64,000 nt of DNA, from assembly GCA_964016885.1 (NCBI GenBank), contig OZ024742.1, positions 240,808,001 to 240,872,000 of the forward strand, written 5' to 3'. The notes below the pieces were generated by a model that did not search any database, had not been told where the DNA came from, and was given only the letters and a program-made list of their open reading frames with translations. Below are positions 41,585 through 55,339 of this stretch, in pieces. A program made the translations under genes and the position numbers. Origin of the DNA: Eledone cirrhosa (Eukaryota). How positions within the stretch are numbered: position 1 is the first letter of the stretch; each line of letters begins with the position of its first letter.

Positions 41585-43186
41585 TGGCCGGTCGTCGGCG
41601 ACTAAACCAGTAACCCCACTAAGCTAGCTTGGTGAGGTGAAGAGGGTGATATTTGGACACCCTACGGGATGAAATACAAGACCCGGCAAAGGACGGAGGA
41701 ACTCAGCCGAGTCAACGGTTATCCAAATAGTAGTTTTTCGTTATTTCGCCACTTAAAAAACCTTCAAAGCACAGGGATTGCTTGTTCAGGATGTGTTACA
41801 GGTTTGTGTGGCTGACGGGGCCTACAAGTGCACCAAACTCTATAATCTGACAAGCGATTGCAATACTCTTAGCAGAGTTTGCATGTATGTATGTATGTAT
41901 GTATGTATGTATGTATGTATGTATGTATGTATGTATGTATGTATGTATGTATGTATGTATGTATGTATGTCGGGTCACTCTTGAGTGCTACTGGTAACAT
42001 GTAAGCCAGTACAACCTGTCGCATGGTCAGGTCGTCGGCGACTAAACCGGCAACCCCACCAAGTTTACTTGGCGAGGAGGGCGATTTTGGACACCCTGCA
42101 GGACAAAAAACAAAACCTGACAAAGAGCGGAAGAAATCATAAGAGTCAACGGCCATCCGAAAATGTGTAAATATGTATATACACATGTACCGCGCGGTTA
42201 AACCACTGGGAGTGAAGGACCCCTAGCATTTGTCAGGGCATTCTTCTAGAAGGCAACTCAGGAAACTGGGATAACTCCGATATAAAACCTGCGGCTCAGT
42301 AGTTACCGATGATGTTGATCTTTTCTTCTTTTCGGGTTATAGCTAGTCGCCACTAGAGTGGGATTGGCTCAGTGCACAGTCTTTCCTCACTTTAAAAAAT
42401 ATCTTCACGCATAAGAATAGAATTAATTCATAATTATTAATAATGGTATATCGTGCAATGGCCATACTCGATAACGAGGGGGCAGCCATCATCATGAATG
42501 TATGTATGTATGTATGTATGTATGTATGTATGTATGTATGTATGTATGTATGTATGTATGTATTATGTCAGGTCACCAGTTGGTGCTACTGGTAACATGT
42601 ATCCCAGTACAACCTGTCTCAGAGTCATTGGCGACTAAACTGGCAACACTACCAAGGTTTCTTGGCGAGGAGGGTGACTTTGAACATCCTGCAGGACTAA
42701 AAACATAACCTGTCAAAGGGCAAAGGAGCTCTTAAGAGTCAATGGCCATCCAAAATCGCCGGGAGAGATGACCCCTTAGCCTTTGTCAAGGCAGAATTCT
42801 AGGAGAAGGAAAACTCTGATATAACACCTGCAACTCTGATGGTATCCAATGATGTTGACTTGTTCTTCTTTTTGGTAAATATCATCTTGGTTAAGAGAGT
42901 GGGACTGGCTTTGTGCAGTGCCTTTGCTCACTATAAAAGCTTCACGGCACAGGCATTGCTTTATATTTGGAGATCTCTCTGCACTTGTCGTCACATGATA
43001 CCATGGGCCCAGCACTATGTGTCAATAATTGTCACAAGTGTTGTGTTTGTACCAGAGTTCTCAAGTCGCTGGCTGGACTAAAAAGTCACACTCGTTCAGC
43101 GCATCGGTAGGGGTTCTCCTACATGGATATAAAGTAGTGGCCGTACTCGAAAACGAGTTGGCAGCCACCATGTATGTATGTATGTA
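41585..43186 (+). mobile_element. Tandem cluster of three RTE-derived non-autonomous elements, each ending in (TATG)n
   Basis: Units at about 41585-41968, 41969-42562 and 42566-43186. Their 5' parts match the 5' UTR of the RTE (51640-51956, minus). The last unit encodes an RTE-type terminal C2H2 (CCVCTRVLKSLAGLKSHTRSAH). Units 2 and 3 share the 3' end GGCC(A/G)TACTCGA(T/A)AACGAG..GGCAGCCA. Confidence 0.78.
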
Positions 43187-43692
43187 TGGTCTCGTAACTC
43201 TTGATAGAATCGTAGGGGCAGGAATTTTAAGCCTCGCTGAGCCCATCCCTCTCCAGGCCTATTATTGATGTATCTGAAGGCAAATAACAAGCATCAATAA
43301 ACACTGGGAATACAATAAAGAAAGGGGCAAGTTCCCAATAAACCGAATTTATGACATAGCTTTGAATTTTAGGTGATGGCATTTTACTTCACTGAATCTT
43401 TGGCTAATGTCTTCGGTAAGGAATTTGTGTCTGAAAAGAAAAAGAAAAGAAAAAAATGCAGTATTTGGTTATCCTGCGTCGAGCTTTATTTTGTTTCAAC
43501 TTATCAAGGATTATCAGTTGAATATAAATTCTGATACAGCAAATATAGAAACGTGACATTTTGCCATATATTTTGACTTGGCCCTTGTTCTAGGCATAAC
43601 ACATAAATACACACAAACACACACACCGCAGAGAGGGGGTAGGGAAGGTAGAAAGAGAGGTAGAGAGAGCGAGAGAGGGGACAGAGAGCGGG

Positions 43693-43794
<102 letters not shown>

Positions 43795-44119
43795 GAGAAT
43801 AGAAAATAGAAATTAGAGGATCGATTGGATTCGGGGATAATATGCTATGGCAATGACACTGAATTGGCAGGCTTTTCCCGAATCAAATTTGTCCTCTATT
43901 TTCTATTTTCTATTCATTGTTTGTGTTCAACGTAATCCTGTTGTATATTTCCATAAATAACACCTGATGAAATCGCCTAGTCTTGCACCATAATAGGATG
44001 ATAAGACTGGGCCATCGAAATTGCGGAATTAAAATTCTAAAGTAAATGTTCTAGTTTGACTTTCTATTGTTGTTTTAATGTATATACATACACACACACA
44101 CATACACACACACACACAC

Positions 44120-44155
<36 letters not shown>

Positions 44156-44156
44156 G

Positions 44157-44197
<41 letters not shown>

Positions 44198-44199
<2 letters not shown>

Positions 44200-44545
44200 G
44201 GCGCGAAAGTTGATGTGCTTATTCACGTGACTGCATCAACCAACCAAATTTCACTCATATATGAAAAAACAATCTGAGCCCCGCCCCTCCCCCTTTTCTA
44301 AAGGCAAATATAATAAGAACTTTGTAATGCGAACTAGCGCGAAATTTATTATAATTATTCACATGACAGTCATCAACCAACCAAATTACTTTTCTAAAAA
44401 CCTAGCATTTTGAGCCACTTTTTTCCATATAAAACAGAAGTAACATTCGAACACCAACCAGATGCGAGTAAAACCACAAACCCTCCATCTCAACTCTACT
44501 TTTGAAAAGCACAAGAACTGCGAAACCGGTAAAGGAACCAAATAA
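44198..44545 (+). repeat. Unclassified old dispersed repeat (first copy 11680-11945)
   Basis: See 11680-11945. Confidence 0.6.
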
Positions 44546-44599
44546 ATATATATTGTTTTTAAAAAGGACTCCAGTTGCATTTTCGATTTAATCTTTTTT

Positions 44600-44652
<53 letters not shown>

Positions 44653-44654
<2 letters not shown>

Positions 44655-44870
44655 AATTATTGATGCTCTAGACATGTCCATTGAGCTTTTCTACTGAAAA
44701 ACACAAGTATCATACATAACATATATTTATTTTCTGATACCTTAAATTACTATATATATATATATATATATATGCATATAGTAATTTAAGGTATCAGAAA
44801 ATATATGTTATGTATGATACTTGTGTTTTTCAGTAGAAAAGCTCAATGGACATGTCTAGAGCATCAATAA

Positions 44871-44873
<3 letters not shown>
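44653..44873. repeat. Near-perfect palindrome centred on (TA)n
   Basis: Arms of about 100 bp, TGAATTATTGATGCTCTAGAC...AAATTACTATA / TATAGTAATTT...GTCTAGAGCATCAATAATTCA; one short indel. Confidence 0.92.
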
Positions 44874-44931
<58 letters not shown>

Positions 44932-45388
44932 GAGAAAGAGCCATATATCGTTGGAGAAACATAGTATTTTGTACACACACAAAGCACACAATATTTGGGA
45001 AAAATACGTACTTTAAAGTGGAAAAAGTTCTTCTTTCCCTATGGTGCCATTTAATGATTCTAGGAACCATAACTTAAAATCGATCTAAGGAATCGATCAT
45101 CGATCACCAACTATCGATTTTGGTAAAATTATGGAAGACGCAAATCAATGATCAGAGGAATTTATGTCTTTAAATAAAGTTGCAATAAAGTATAGAGTAC
45201 AAAATACTTTTATATCCGCCAGGATCTACGAGTTATGCCAACACCTTAGACAGCATGGTGTAATAACGTTTAACCCGTGGTGGCTGATACGAACAAAACT
45301 GGATGATATTTCCGCTAGAATGAGGTGCTAAATAGAAGTCACAGTGTGAGCAGCTCAACAAATAAAGAATTTGGAGCATTTATATACT

Positions 45389-45497
45389 GGTGGATTGGCA
45401 GTATCGATAGAGGGTCGGACGCCATGCTTTGCGAGGTCGATAAAATAAAGCACCAGTAATACACTGGGATAATTGGTGGCTTTGTGCCAAAAGTATA
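45389..45497 (+). mobile_element. SINE family A, internally deleted
   Basis: Head joined directly to GGTCGATAAAATAAAG; B-box lost. Confidence 0.8.
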
Positions 45498-47890
45498 AAT
45501 AATATATATATATAAAATCAAGGTTTAGCAAATAAGAAAAAGTTTCAAAATAAATTTCAAAAAATTCACTGCACTTACTATGGTTACCTTTACCGAATCG
45601 GTTTCAAGTCTCAAAAATAAATGGATAGTCCTTGTGGGCTTCCATTGAAAAGATAAACTCTCGTCAGAAGGTTCTTTTCACTCGGAGAATATAAAATTCC
45701 CGAGTTCAAATTACGAACTGGCGCTATTCAAAATTGTTCCCGAGATGAGAATGAATGATGTGGAAGCAATTCTGTCCAGTGCCGTGTGCAAAGATATATA
45801 TATATATATATACACACACATGTACACACATATGCCCACACATTTATTTATTTATTTATTTGTTTATACATATATAGTGTGAATTACAAATTTAGGTCAA
45901 CTGATGAAAAATTCTGTTCACGCTCGGTGAAATTATATCTAAAGACTATTTATTTATTTTCAGAAAGTTTAGTAACCTGAGCCCAAAACTGCTTTTGTAC
46001 CCATTTCTTCTGATATACGACAGATGAGATATATGCCTGATACAATTGAGTTATGCAAGTATTTGTTATTCAATTATCTGCTCATTTATTATTCAATTAT
46101 ACGCTATCCAGCTTTTCTCTATCCAATTACATAGTTACAAGGCATCCACTTATATGACTCTTCCACGTTGTAATCACTTAAAGGTTGTTATTCAATTACG
46201 TAATATCCATTTATGTAATCACTGGCTAACTGGCTAATTACATATATTAGCTTCTAATTAAGCAAGTAAATGCTATTCAGTTGTCTAATTTTATAATAAT
46301 ATCCTATTATAATGGCAGGTTCTAAATATTTAATTTTACATAATATTCATTTATAAATAAGACGATAATGCAGTTATTTATAATCTTCTTCTTGTGTATG
46401 AGACTCTTGCTGTCTAAGGTTATGGGTCGCCTGATCGAAATCAAATATCAGTGATCAGTTTCCAGGGCCCACCGTGAGGAAGTCGATAACTTGGGCCCCA
46501 CAGAACTATTGTTGTTGAACTCTTATCTCCAACAGACATATGATCAAAACATTTCAACCATGCTTACTCCGTCTTTCTTCTTGCGTATGTCACTGTTGCT
46601 ATCTCAAGTTGTCGTTCGCCTGATCGAGATCAGAGATCGGTGATCAGTTTTAAGATCAACGACTTGGGTCCCAACATTAACACAAAGTTAAATATCATAG
46701 ACAATGAAATTTACTACAGTACTTGATTGCTGCTTCATTTATTGATGCTTAGAGTGAGAAAGGAAGAGTTTTCAGAGATAAATGACGCTACCATCTGAGA
46801 TGAAACTGTTTTTTAATATTTATATCTACATGAGGTAAGTGGGTAAAAGTACTTCTGCACATTGTTTAGAAAGACATATTCCTCGTTTGAATTGAGCTTG
46901 GTATTAACTATATGCACATTTAGGAATAAAACATACAATGACGATCAATGATAAAAGTGAGTGAAATGAAGTATAGATATAAATATTAAAAGATTTCTCA
47001 TTTCGTGAAACTGTTATGTTAATCTCATTAAGAATAACTTACTACAACCATTCGATTAAGTAATCCTCTCATAACAATGTTTTGTTTTGTACATCATATA
47101 TGTGAATATACTTTAGCTCTTAAATATTCTAACCACTAAATTAGCTTAGCAAAATAAGACCGGAAAAGTATATATTTTAAAATAAAATTGTATGTATTTG
47201 AAAGAAAAGAATACGAATATGTATTTCATTTTCGTAACTTCAGCCGACTCTGATTGAACTCACTATGTTACTTAGAATAATTAATAACGGACCACTCGAT
47301 AATGATCAACTCTACTATATAATATTTCCTGTCGGTGACAAATAACATAAAAATTTTCAATATTTTGTTAGACGAGTAAAAAGCAATGACAACTTTAAAT
47401 TTTAAATTATAAATCTAGCTTTGTGTGACTTCCGCCTGTCTAGTTGAGTACTACCGGCAACTGACTGCTGACGTATGGAAGACATGAATGTATCATTCTC
47501 TTGGGGATGTTAACTGAAATAGTTTCAGCAGCATTACAATTCTTCTGATACCAACTACAACAAGATTAAAAACGAACAGCAGAAACAAGAGAGCAGTCTG
47601 TTACCACGTCACCAAGAGTTTTCAATAATACCCACGAGCTGACAGTGCAGTATGATATATCTTAGTAATTCTGTTGAAACAATATGTTACTGCAGTTAAT
47701 TATAACAACACTGTAGAACTAAAGTTTCTTTTATTTTACAAAAGACCAGCGTTTTGTACGGTTTATTCAGAAAAAGAATGACAGTATCCATGTCCTTTCA
47801 CGTTTCAGGGTTTCTGAAACTGTTTGGAAGAGGGAGAAAATTAGCTTCAAGCTGGAGACCATCACAAATGCTTGCAAGAGTGTCAATTGT

Positions 47891-48035
47891 GAAGGCGCAT
47901 GGCTTAGTGGTTAGAGCATTGGGCTTGCAATCGAAAGGTTGTGAGTTCAATTCTTGGACCGGGTGATGTGCTGTTACCTTGAGCAAGACACTTTATTTCA
48001 CGTTGCTCCAGTTTACTCAGCTGTAGAAATGAGAT
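47891..48035 (+). mobile_element. tRNA-derived SINE family B
   Basis: A-box TGGCTTAGTGG, B-box GAGTTCAATTC, then CCTTGAGCAAGACACTTT body. Confidence 0.78.
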
Positions 48036-48238
48036 GATATGACTGGGGTCCCTATCATTAAATTACCCAAGAAACCTCCAACGAGATATACCTTGGAGGA
48101 GGCCAGCTAAACCTGCAAAGGTGGGAGCTGTCACACACAACTCGGCTAAAGACACCTAATGACTATGTACTAGTGTTGAACTGGGCGGCGGATTAAGCCT
48201 ACCACTCAAGAACACAGAAGCTAAACAGCTGGAACAAA

Positions 48239-48412
48239 TAATTGTTTCTACTTTTGGCACAAGGCCAGCAATTATCCCAGTGCATTACTGGGATAATTTA
48301 CTATATTTTATTGACACCGAAAGGACAAACAGCAAAGTTGACCTAAGTGAGATTTGAATTCGAAGCAGTAAGAACGATAATAAATATTGAAAGGCACTTT
48401 GACCTACACTCC
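48239..48412 (-). mobile_element. SINE family A-related, diverged/chimeric
   Basis: Young-looking tail joined to a diverged body. Confidence 0.7.
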
Positions 48413-48471
48413 GAAAAGAGGGCATGTATTGTTTATAGAATTAACACAGGTACATTATTACTAGGGCAACA

Positions 48472-48995
48472 AGGGCGGTGGATTGGCAGTATCGGTAGAA
48501 AGTCGGTAGAAAGTCGGTAGAAAGTCGGTCTGAGTTCAAATCCCGCCGAGGTTAACTTTGCCTTTTATCCTTTCGGGGTCGATAAAATAAAGTACCAGAA
48601 ACGTACTGGGGTCGATTCAATCGACTTACCCCTCCCCTAAATTACTGGCCTTGTGCTTATACTAGAAATCATTATTATTAGGGCAACGAATTGGAAGAAT
48701 CGTTAGAAGGTCAGATAGAGTGCTTTGCGATATTAGTTCTGGCTCTCTGCTCTCTGAGTTCAAATCCCGCCGAGGTTAACTTTGCCTTTCATACTTGTTA
48801 AAAACAGTACCAATCTACTAATGTGGGCGATACTTACTTTATGTCTTTTTCTCACTTCTTCCCTCTCTCACTCTCTATCCTTCTCAGGAAGAAATCTGCT
48901 GTGTACAGACCTGGAGAGGGAATGGACAACGCCAGGTTTAAAAAAAGGCCTAAGAAACGCCGTATGCCACTACGGCACCCCTAAGACGCCATCAT
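48472..48995 (+). mobile_element. Two tandem family A-related SINEs
   Basis: 48472-48680 (long variant with TCGGTAGAAAG triplication), then 48681-48995 with a different 3' tail shared with 35870-36020. Confidence 0.75.
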
Positions 48996-49028
48996 GAGTT
49001 ACAGGACCATATCATTATTGCTAGGTCA

Positions 49029-49220
49029 GGGCGGTGGATTGGCAGTATCGGCAGAGGTTCGGACGCCATGCTTTGACGCATAGAGTTACGGCCCTTGCCA
49101 TTCTGAGTTCAAATCCCGCCGAGGTTAACTTTGCCTTTCATCCTTATGGGGTCGATAAAATAAAGTACCAGTATTACACTGGGTAATTGCTGGCCTTGTG
49201 CCAAAAGTAGAAACAATTAT
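49029..49220 (+). mobile_element. SINE family A
   Basis: Full copy; TSD ATTATTGCTAGGT. Confidence 0.93.
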
Positions 49221-49965
49221 TGCTAGGTTTGTTTTTCCAAAGAGAGCCACTGAAACGTCTATAGTTTGTGTATTTTAACAGTGTGTCCCGCTATGCTAAT
49301 AATGCAGACAACACATTCTTAAACAGAACCACACTGTTTATAGCTAAATGCTATAATCAGCAGTTGTATTGTATAAATTGACAAGTATTGCATTAGGTTT
49401 GAGTGCGTGAGTTTAAATCCACGCAAAGCTGTAGTTTCGGTAGGGGTTCATATTGACACACAACTCGTGCTTGCTAAATCTTCAAGTAACTCTTTTCAAT
49501 CTTATGTGCTTACTTCATTTTTATTAAATTAGCTCTAGAAGGATGTAAAGCAAAAGCAATCTTAATAGGATTTGTATTTAAAATATTGAATTTGATATTG
49601 ATGTTTGTTTCCGGAGTATTTTCTTAATCTTGGATTTGTTTCTGTAATTTCTACAACCGATTTCAGTTGATATTATTGAGAGTTAGGTCAGGGATTGAAA
49701 TTGGAACGTATATAACTATGCAGTAAATGAAACAAAAATCAAAACAAAGAAGATAAACAGAGGGGAAGAGCAGTCATTGAAACAGTTACAGAATGTGAAA
49801 CGAAAGAACTATGAAAAGTAAATAATCACCCGATTACTAAACTAATCAAGGAAAGGCTTATTTACTTGACTTGACTAATATTAAAATCGAAGTGAAACTC
49901 AACCGGCATGTGCGTTTTATTGGTCGTCCCAAAGTATAACAATATATATACATACATATATAAAC

Positions 49966-51368
49966 ATCGTCTTGGCTGGAAGCTTTCAGTTTGGCTCTGT
50001 CACTACTTTTTCTGCCACTAATTTCATTGACAGTTTTCCAGGCTTCAGCAGACTTCTTATTGCTGACAGTACTCGAGATATGATTGATCTTTCTCAGCAT
50101 ATATTCGGCTTGCTCAATTTCATACTCACCTTTCAGTGCTGTACAAGCAGCATTGAAGTTACTAATGTTTTCTGGAGATCGTTGAGTGTCTTTCAATTCT
50201 GCAGCTTTTCGCAACTCTTTGCGCTTTTGGCGTATTCTCTCTGTTTCCCAGGGTTTTCGTTTTTTAACCTTGGGTTTTAAAGGGATGGTGTCGGCCGCTG
50301 CCTCTTTGAATGCCATTTGAAAGTGGTTAAATGTAGAATTTGATGATTTTGCTGGCGTCGAGTCTTGTAGGGCAGCAAATCGGTTGCTCAGTTGGGTTAC
50401 AAAGGTTTTGTAAGTCTCAGGATTGGTATTCAGAACTGCCCAGGTTTCTTTTTGTCCACTCGGAGACCTAATCGTATCTTGGCCGAGACAATGCGATGAT
50501 CCGAGTCAACACCAACAAATGAGTCATATGCTCTGCAGTTTTTTGTGCTGTTCTTCCATTTTCGATTGATTATGATATAATCCAGTTGTATCTTGTCGCC
50601 ATTTGGAGATTTGTGTGTCCACCGCTGGCCTGGTCTTTTTTGGAATATGGCGTTGAGACAACGTAAATTGTTCTCACACAAGTAATCTTTTAGCATACAA
50701 CGGTTTCTATTGGTTTGTGAGTAGTATGAGAATCTGAATCCATCAAGCTGTCCAAGACGCGCGTTGAAGTCTCCGCCAATGATGAGAACATTATGTTTCG
50801 GGATTTGTCTAGTGAGTGATGTTAGTTCCATGTAAAACCTCTCTACTTCGGCCATGTCACATACATTTGTTGGACTATAGCAAGAGATTACAGTGGTTTT
50901 AGGATTCCCGTTAAACGTAGCTATCCTTGATGTTATCATTTCAACACTCGCAAGTGCATCATAGGCTCGCGGGCTAAAAAGCATTCCAACTCCACCATTT
51001 GCTGCATTCATATTGTTTTTCCAAGCTGAGCAGGTTATCAGCCTCCAATTGCCAAATATTTGCTCCTTTGTTACAAGCTCTTCATGTATGAACCGGTGCT
51101 CCTGAAGACAGATAACATCATGGTTGGTCGCCCCTGCTGAAGCAATCAGTCCAGGGATTTTATGGTATTTCTGGAGTGTTTGAACATTGAGTGTACCAGC
51201 AAAGATGTCTTTCTTTCCGTGTACAAGTCGGGTTGGTGGTTGTTTTCTCCGTGTATGTTTCCCAGTATCTGATTTTTCGACTGCAATCTGGGAATCCGTT
51301 GCAGGACGCGCTCCTTGTTTAACCGCGCGACGAGCGCTGCGGGATGAACATCGAAGGATTTGTGTCAT
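49966..51368 (-). pseudogene. RTE ORF N-terminal half (APE endonuclease)
   Basis: GTLNVQTL, ICLQEHR, SCYSPT, GGDFNA, QLDYI, DSDHRIV; frameshift near 50430; ends AKLKASSQDD. Confidence 0.92.
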
Positions 51369-51683
51369 ATTTAGCTTTCAATAGCTGGATATACACTTGC
51401 GGTCGCTACTCCATACAAGTGAAAGCAGTACTCTGTATTAGAGCGGTTGTGCCTCACCGAGGCAGTAGCTGATATGATCGCCTTTCCACTACTAGTATGA
51501 ACCAAATTCACAGTTACTTGATCATTGCCTTATCTACTGATACGACATCCTGCTTACCAATGTCGTCGTTTAACCCAGTCAGGATTGGTTTGACAGATTG
51601 CCTATCAAGGCCAAAGAGTTCTGTCCGCCCCGGCTTTGAAATCAGAGTGGTCCCTCTCCTAGACAGATTGCCGACCAAGGCTA

Positions 51684-51743
<60 letters not shown>

Positions 51744-51956
51744 TATATACACATTTACACAATTTTTGGATGGCCGTTGACTCTTATGAGTTCTTCCGCC
51801 CTTTGTCAGGTTTTGTTTTTGTCCTGCAGGATGTCCAAAATCACCCCTCCTCACCAAGTAAACTTGATGGGTTGCCGGTTTAGTAGCCGACGACCCGACC
51901 ATGCGACAGGTTGTACTGGGTTACATGTTACCAGTAGCACTCGAGAGTGGCCTGAC

Positions 51957-53568
51957 TAAAACTGTGGCAACAACATTTTCAGAACCTACTTGGCAAAGCA
52001 CCACAGATAATCGAAGAAGAAATAATACCCGTTTTTACAGAGGAACACCAAATACAGAAAGGTCCTTTCACTATGGAGGAACTACAGAAGGCAGTGAAAA
52101 GTATTGGTAACGGAAAAGCGTGCGGACTCGACGAGGTCCCAGCTGAAGTGTGGAAGGTACCTGAATTTCACCCAATCCTACTAGAGTTGTGTAATGGTGT
52201 CTATAATCAAGACCCCATAGACAAATGGACTGAGGGATGTATACTCCCTTTTCCCAAAAAGGGCGATCTTGGAATGGCTAAAAACTACCGTGGCATAACA
52301 CTAATGGCAATTGCCGCAAAGATATATAATCTCATGTTGTTTGACAGAATAACACCTGTTATTGACCCCTTGCTGAGAAAAAACCAAAATGGTTTCCGCA
52401 CCAACAGATCAACATCAGGGCAAATACTTACTATTCGGCGTATCTTGGAAGGCGTAAAAGCCAAAAACCTCCCAGGAACTCTCCTGTTTATTGACTTTTC
52501 AAAAGCATTCGATTCCATCCATCGTGGGAGGATGAGAGAGATACTTCTAGCCTACGGCTTGCCAAAGGAAACAGTAACTGCCATCATGATGTTATATAAA
52601 AACACCCGCGCAATGGTGCGCTCACCTGATGGAGATACCAACTTCTTTGACATCATTGCAGGAGTGCTCCAGGGGGATACTCTTGCACCATACATTTTTA
52701 TCATCTGCCTCGACTATATATTGAGAAAAGCCCTAGACGAAAACTTAGAGCTTGGTTTCACTCTCACAAAGCGAAAGTGTGGATGCCATGCAGCTCAGAA
52801 AATCACCGATGCTGACTATGCGGATGATTTAGCGGTCATCGCTGACAACCTTAAGGATGCAACATCACTACTTCACAGCATCGAATCAGTTGCAAAGGAA
52901 ATCGGACTCTATGTCAACGCAGGCAAAACAAGATATATTTGCCTGAACCAAGACTCCTCAGTTGGTATACAAAGTCTAAACAGCGATATAATCAAGCAAG
53001 TTGACGACTTCAAATACCTGGGTAGCTATATCGCCTCCACAGAACATGATGTTAACATCAGACTGGGAAAAGCCTGGGGAGCATTGAATGCAATGGAAAA
53101 GATATGGAAATCAAACCTGCTGGCCAAACTGAAAAGGAATTTCTTCAGAGCTGCTGTAGAATTTGTGCTTGTTTATGGCTCTATCACTTGGAAGGCTAAC
53201 GTCGAAACTGGAGAAAAAGCTAGACGGGCATACACACGTATGCTCCGCGCTGCTTTAAACGTGTCTTGGAGGGAACACCCACCAAATAAGGATCTCTTAT
53301 GCCAATATACCACCTATCAGCAGGTCAATACGTGAACAGAGACTCAGATTTGCTGGCCACTGTTGGCGCAGCAAGGAAGAAATAGCAGGTGATGTGTTGT
53401 TATGGAGTCCATCTCATGGAGCAAGAAACGCTGGTCCTCCCAAGAAGACATACGTCAAGCAACTTGAGGACGATCCTGGATGCACCGCGGGAGAACTGGT
53501 AAACGCTATGAGAGACAGAGATGGATGGAGGAAACGTGTCGTAGAAAGCCGAGCAAGCTCGACCTGAT
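51957..53568 (+). pseudogene. RTE ORF C-terminal half (reverse transcriptase)
   Basis: Begins LKLWQQHFQNLLG; ORF 52073-53335 has KACGLD, NYRGITL, QNGFR, FIDFSKAFDS, GVLQGDTLAP and YADD; frameshifts near both ends. Confidence 0.93.
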
Positions 53569-53616
53569 GATGATGATGATATAAACATATATCCATCCAT
53601 TCATACACTCTTATAT

Positions 53617-53777
<161 letters not shown>

Positions 53778-54371
53778 AAAAATGGAGTGCTGCGTGGTTG
53801 CACATGGGTTACATATGAATAAAATTAGTCCTTCATCAGTGATCTTCCAACCTTCATTGGTATTTCATCGCTTTAAAAATCATATACCTCTGGTTGGTGC
53901 GAGCAATAACTAAATAAAGTTATTGAGACAAGTAATAATTCTAAGGACATGATTTATGATATATATATATATATATACTAGCAGAATGGCCCGGCATTGC
54001 TCGGGAATCTAAACATAGATTGGCATGTTTATATTACTTATAAAACATTATAGCAAGAATATAAATAATAGCAGAGAATATGCAATAAATGTAAGACAAT
54101 TGTGTAGTGAGAGTATACATATAGGTGTTATATGTTATAAGTATTATAAGATATATTAGTTATAGGCGAAAAGATTTAGGTGAAAAGTTTTATAATGTAA
54201 AAAATGGTAATATCTATAGTTGTGAAGTGTTATTTCTGCTCTGTAGTATATCTGATATTTTACATTGAGCTAATAATCTTAAGGGTAATCAGGTAATACA
54301 CAATATTAGCCGTATCTTATTTATAATTATATATATATATGTTATATATATATTATATATATAAGTATAAC

Positions 54372-54406
<35 letters not shown>

Positions 54407-54410
54407 GATA

Positions 54411-54600
54411 CGGCGGTGGATTGGCAGTATTGGTAGAGGGTCGGGCGCTATGCTTTAACGCATAGAGTTACGGCCCTTGCCATTCTGAGTTAGAATCCCG
54501 CCGAGGTTAACTTTGCCATTCATCCTTACAGGGTCGATAAAATAAAGTACCAGTAATACACTGAATAATTGCTGGCCTTGTGCCAAAAAGAGAAACAATT
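54411..54600 (+). mobile_element. SINE family A
   Basis: Full copy; TSD ATTATTATTAGATACGG. Confidence 0.93.
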
Positions 54601-55068
54601 ATTATTATTAGATACGGTATCTTTGCACTGAATTAATTAAAAGTTGGTTAGAAGCTAAGTCAAAGCAGACAGGCAGCCAGCCAGACAGATATTATAAGCG
54701 TGAGACCTTATAATTTTGTATCTAATGCAGACAGCTTACAGAGACATATTATAAGGGCACGACGTTATAGTTATGTATCTATCTAAAAAGACAGACTAAG
54801 AAAAAGAGAGGAGTGTCGTATAACCGAAAGTATTGATATTTGAACATTTTTCTCGCTTGAGTCATCATCTGCTGAAGGCGACGTTCATGATCATCTTCAG
54901 ACTCTGTTGCTCTAGTAACATCTTTTTCATCTGGAAAATCTAATCTTGCGGCCAGGCTGGGACTTTTTGGGTGGCAGAACGGCAGTAACAATGACGATAA
55001 GCCGTCTGTGCTTCGTGAAATACGTTTGTTTATATTTTGTTTTTGTGTATGCAAAAATATCTGTACAC

Positions 55069-55180
<112 letters not shown>

Positions 55181-55193
55181 CATAACATATTAA

Positions 55194-55244
55194 AGTTTAA
55201 GCAAAGAATCGCTGCTTTCACCTTTAACGGGATCTTCAGAAACT
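55194..55244 (-). ncRNA. Hammerhead motif, family E copy with canonical core
   Basis: AGTTT-CTGAAGA-TCCCgttaaAGGT-GAAA-GCA...TGC-TT-AAACT. Confidence 0.65.
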
Positions 55245-55293
55245 AAAAAAATCAATCTGTGAACGCAGAATATTTCGAAAAACGTTACACACA

Positions 55294-55334
<41 letters not shown>

Positions 55335-55339
<5 letters not shown>

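Larger units (their letters stand above)
49966..53580 (+). mobile_element. Full-length RTE-clade LINE with inverted 5' half
   Basis: 5' UTR + APE on minus (51956 to 49966), RT + 3' end on plus (51954-53580), (GAT)n tail, TSD ATAAACAT. Confidence 0.92.

Noticed and set aside
47420-47890. Coding-looking unique sequence
   Set aside because: Stops in all frames I tried and no recognisable motif.
47891-47965. tRNA gene
   Set aside because: A and B boxes are present but no complete cloverleaf, and it runs into a SINE body.
48888-48940. Possible host exon after a strong polypyrimidine/AG acceptor
   Set aside because: Homologous to 35925-36020, so part of a dispersed repeat.
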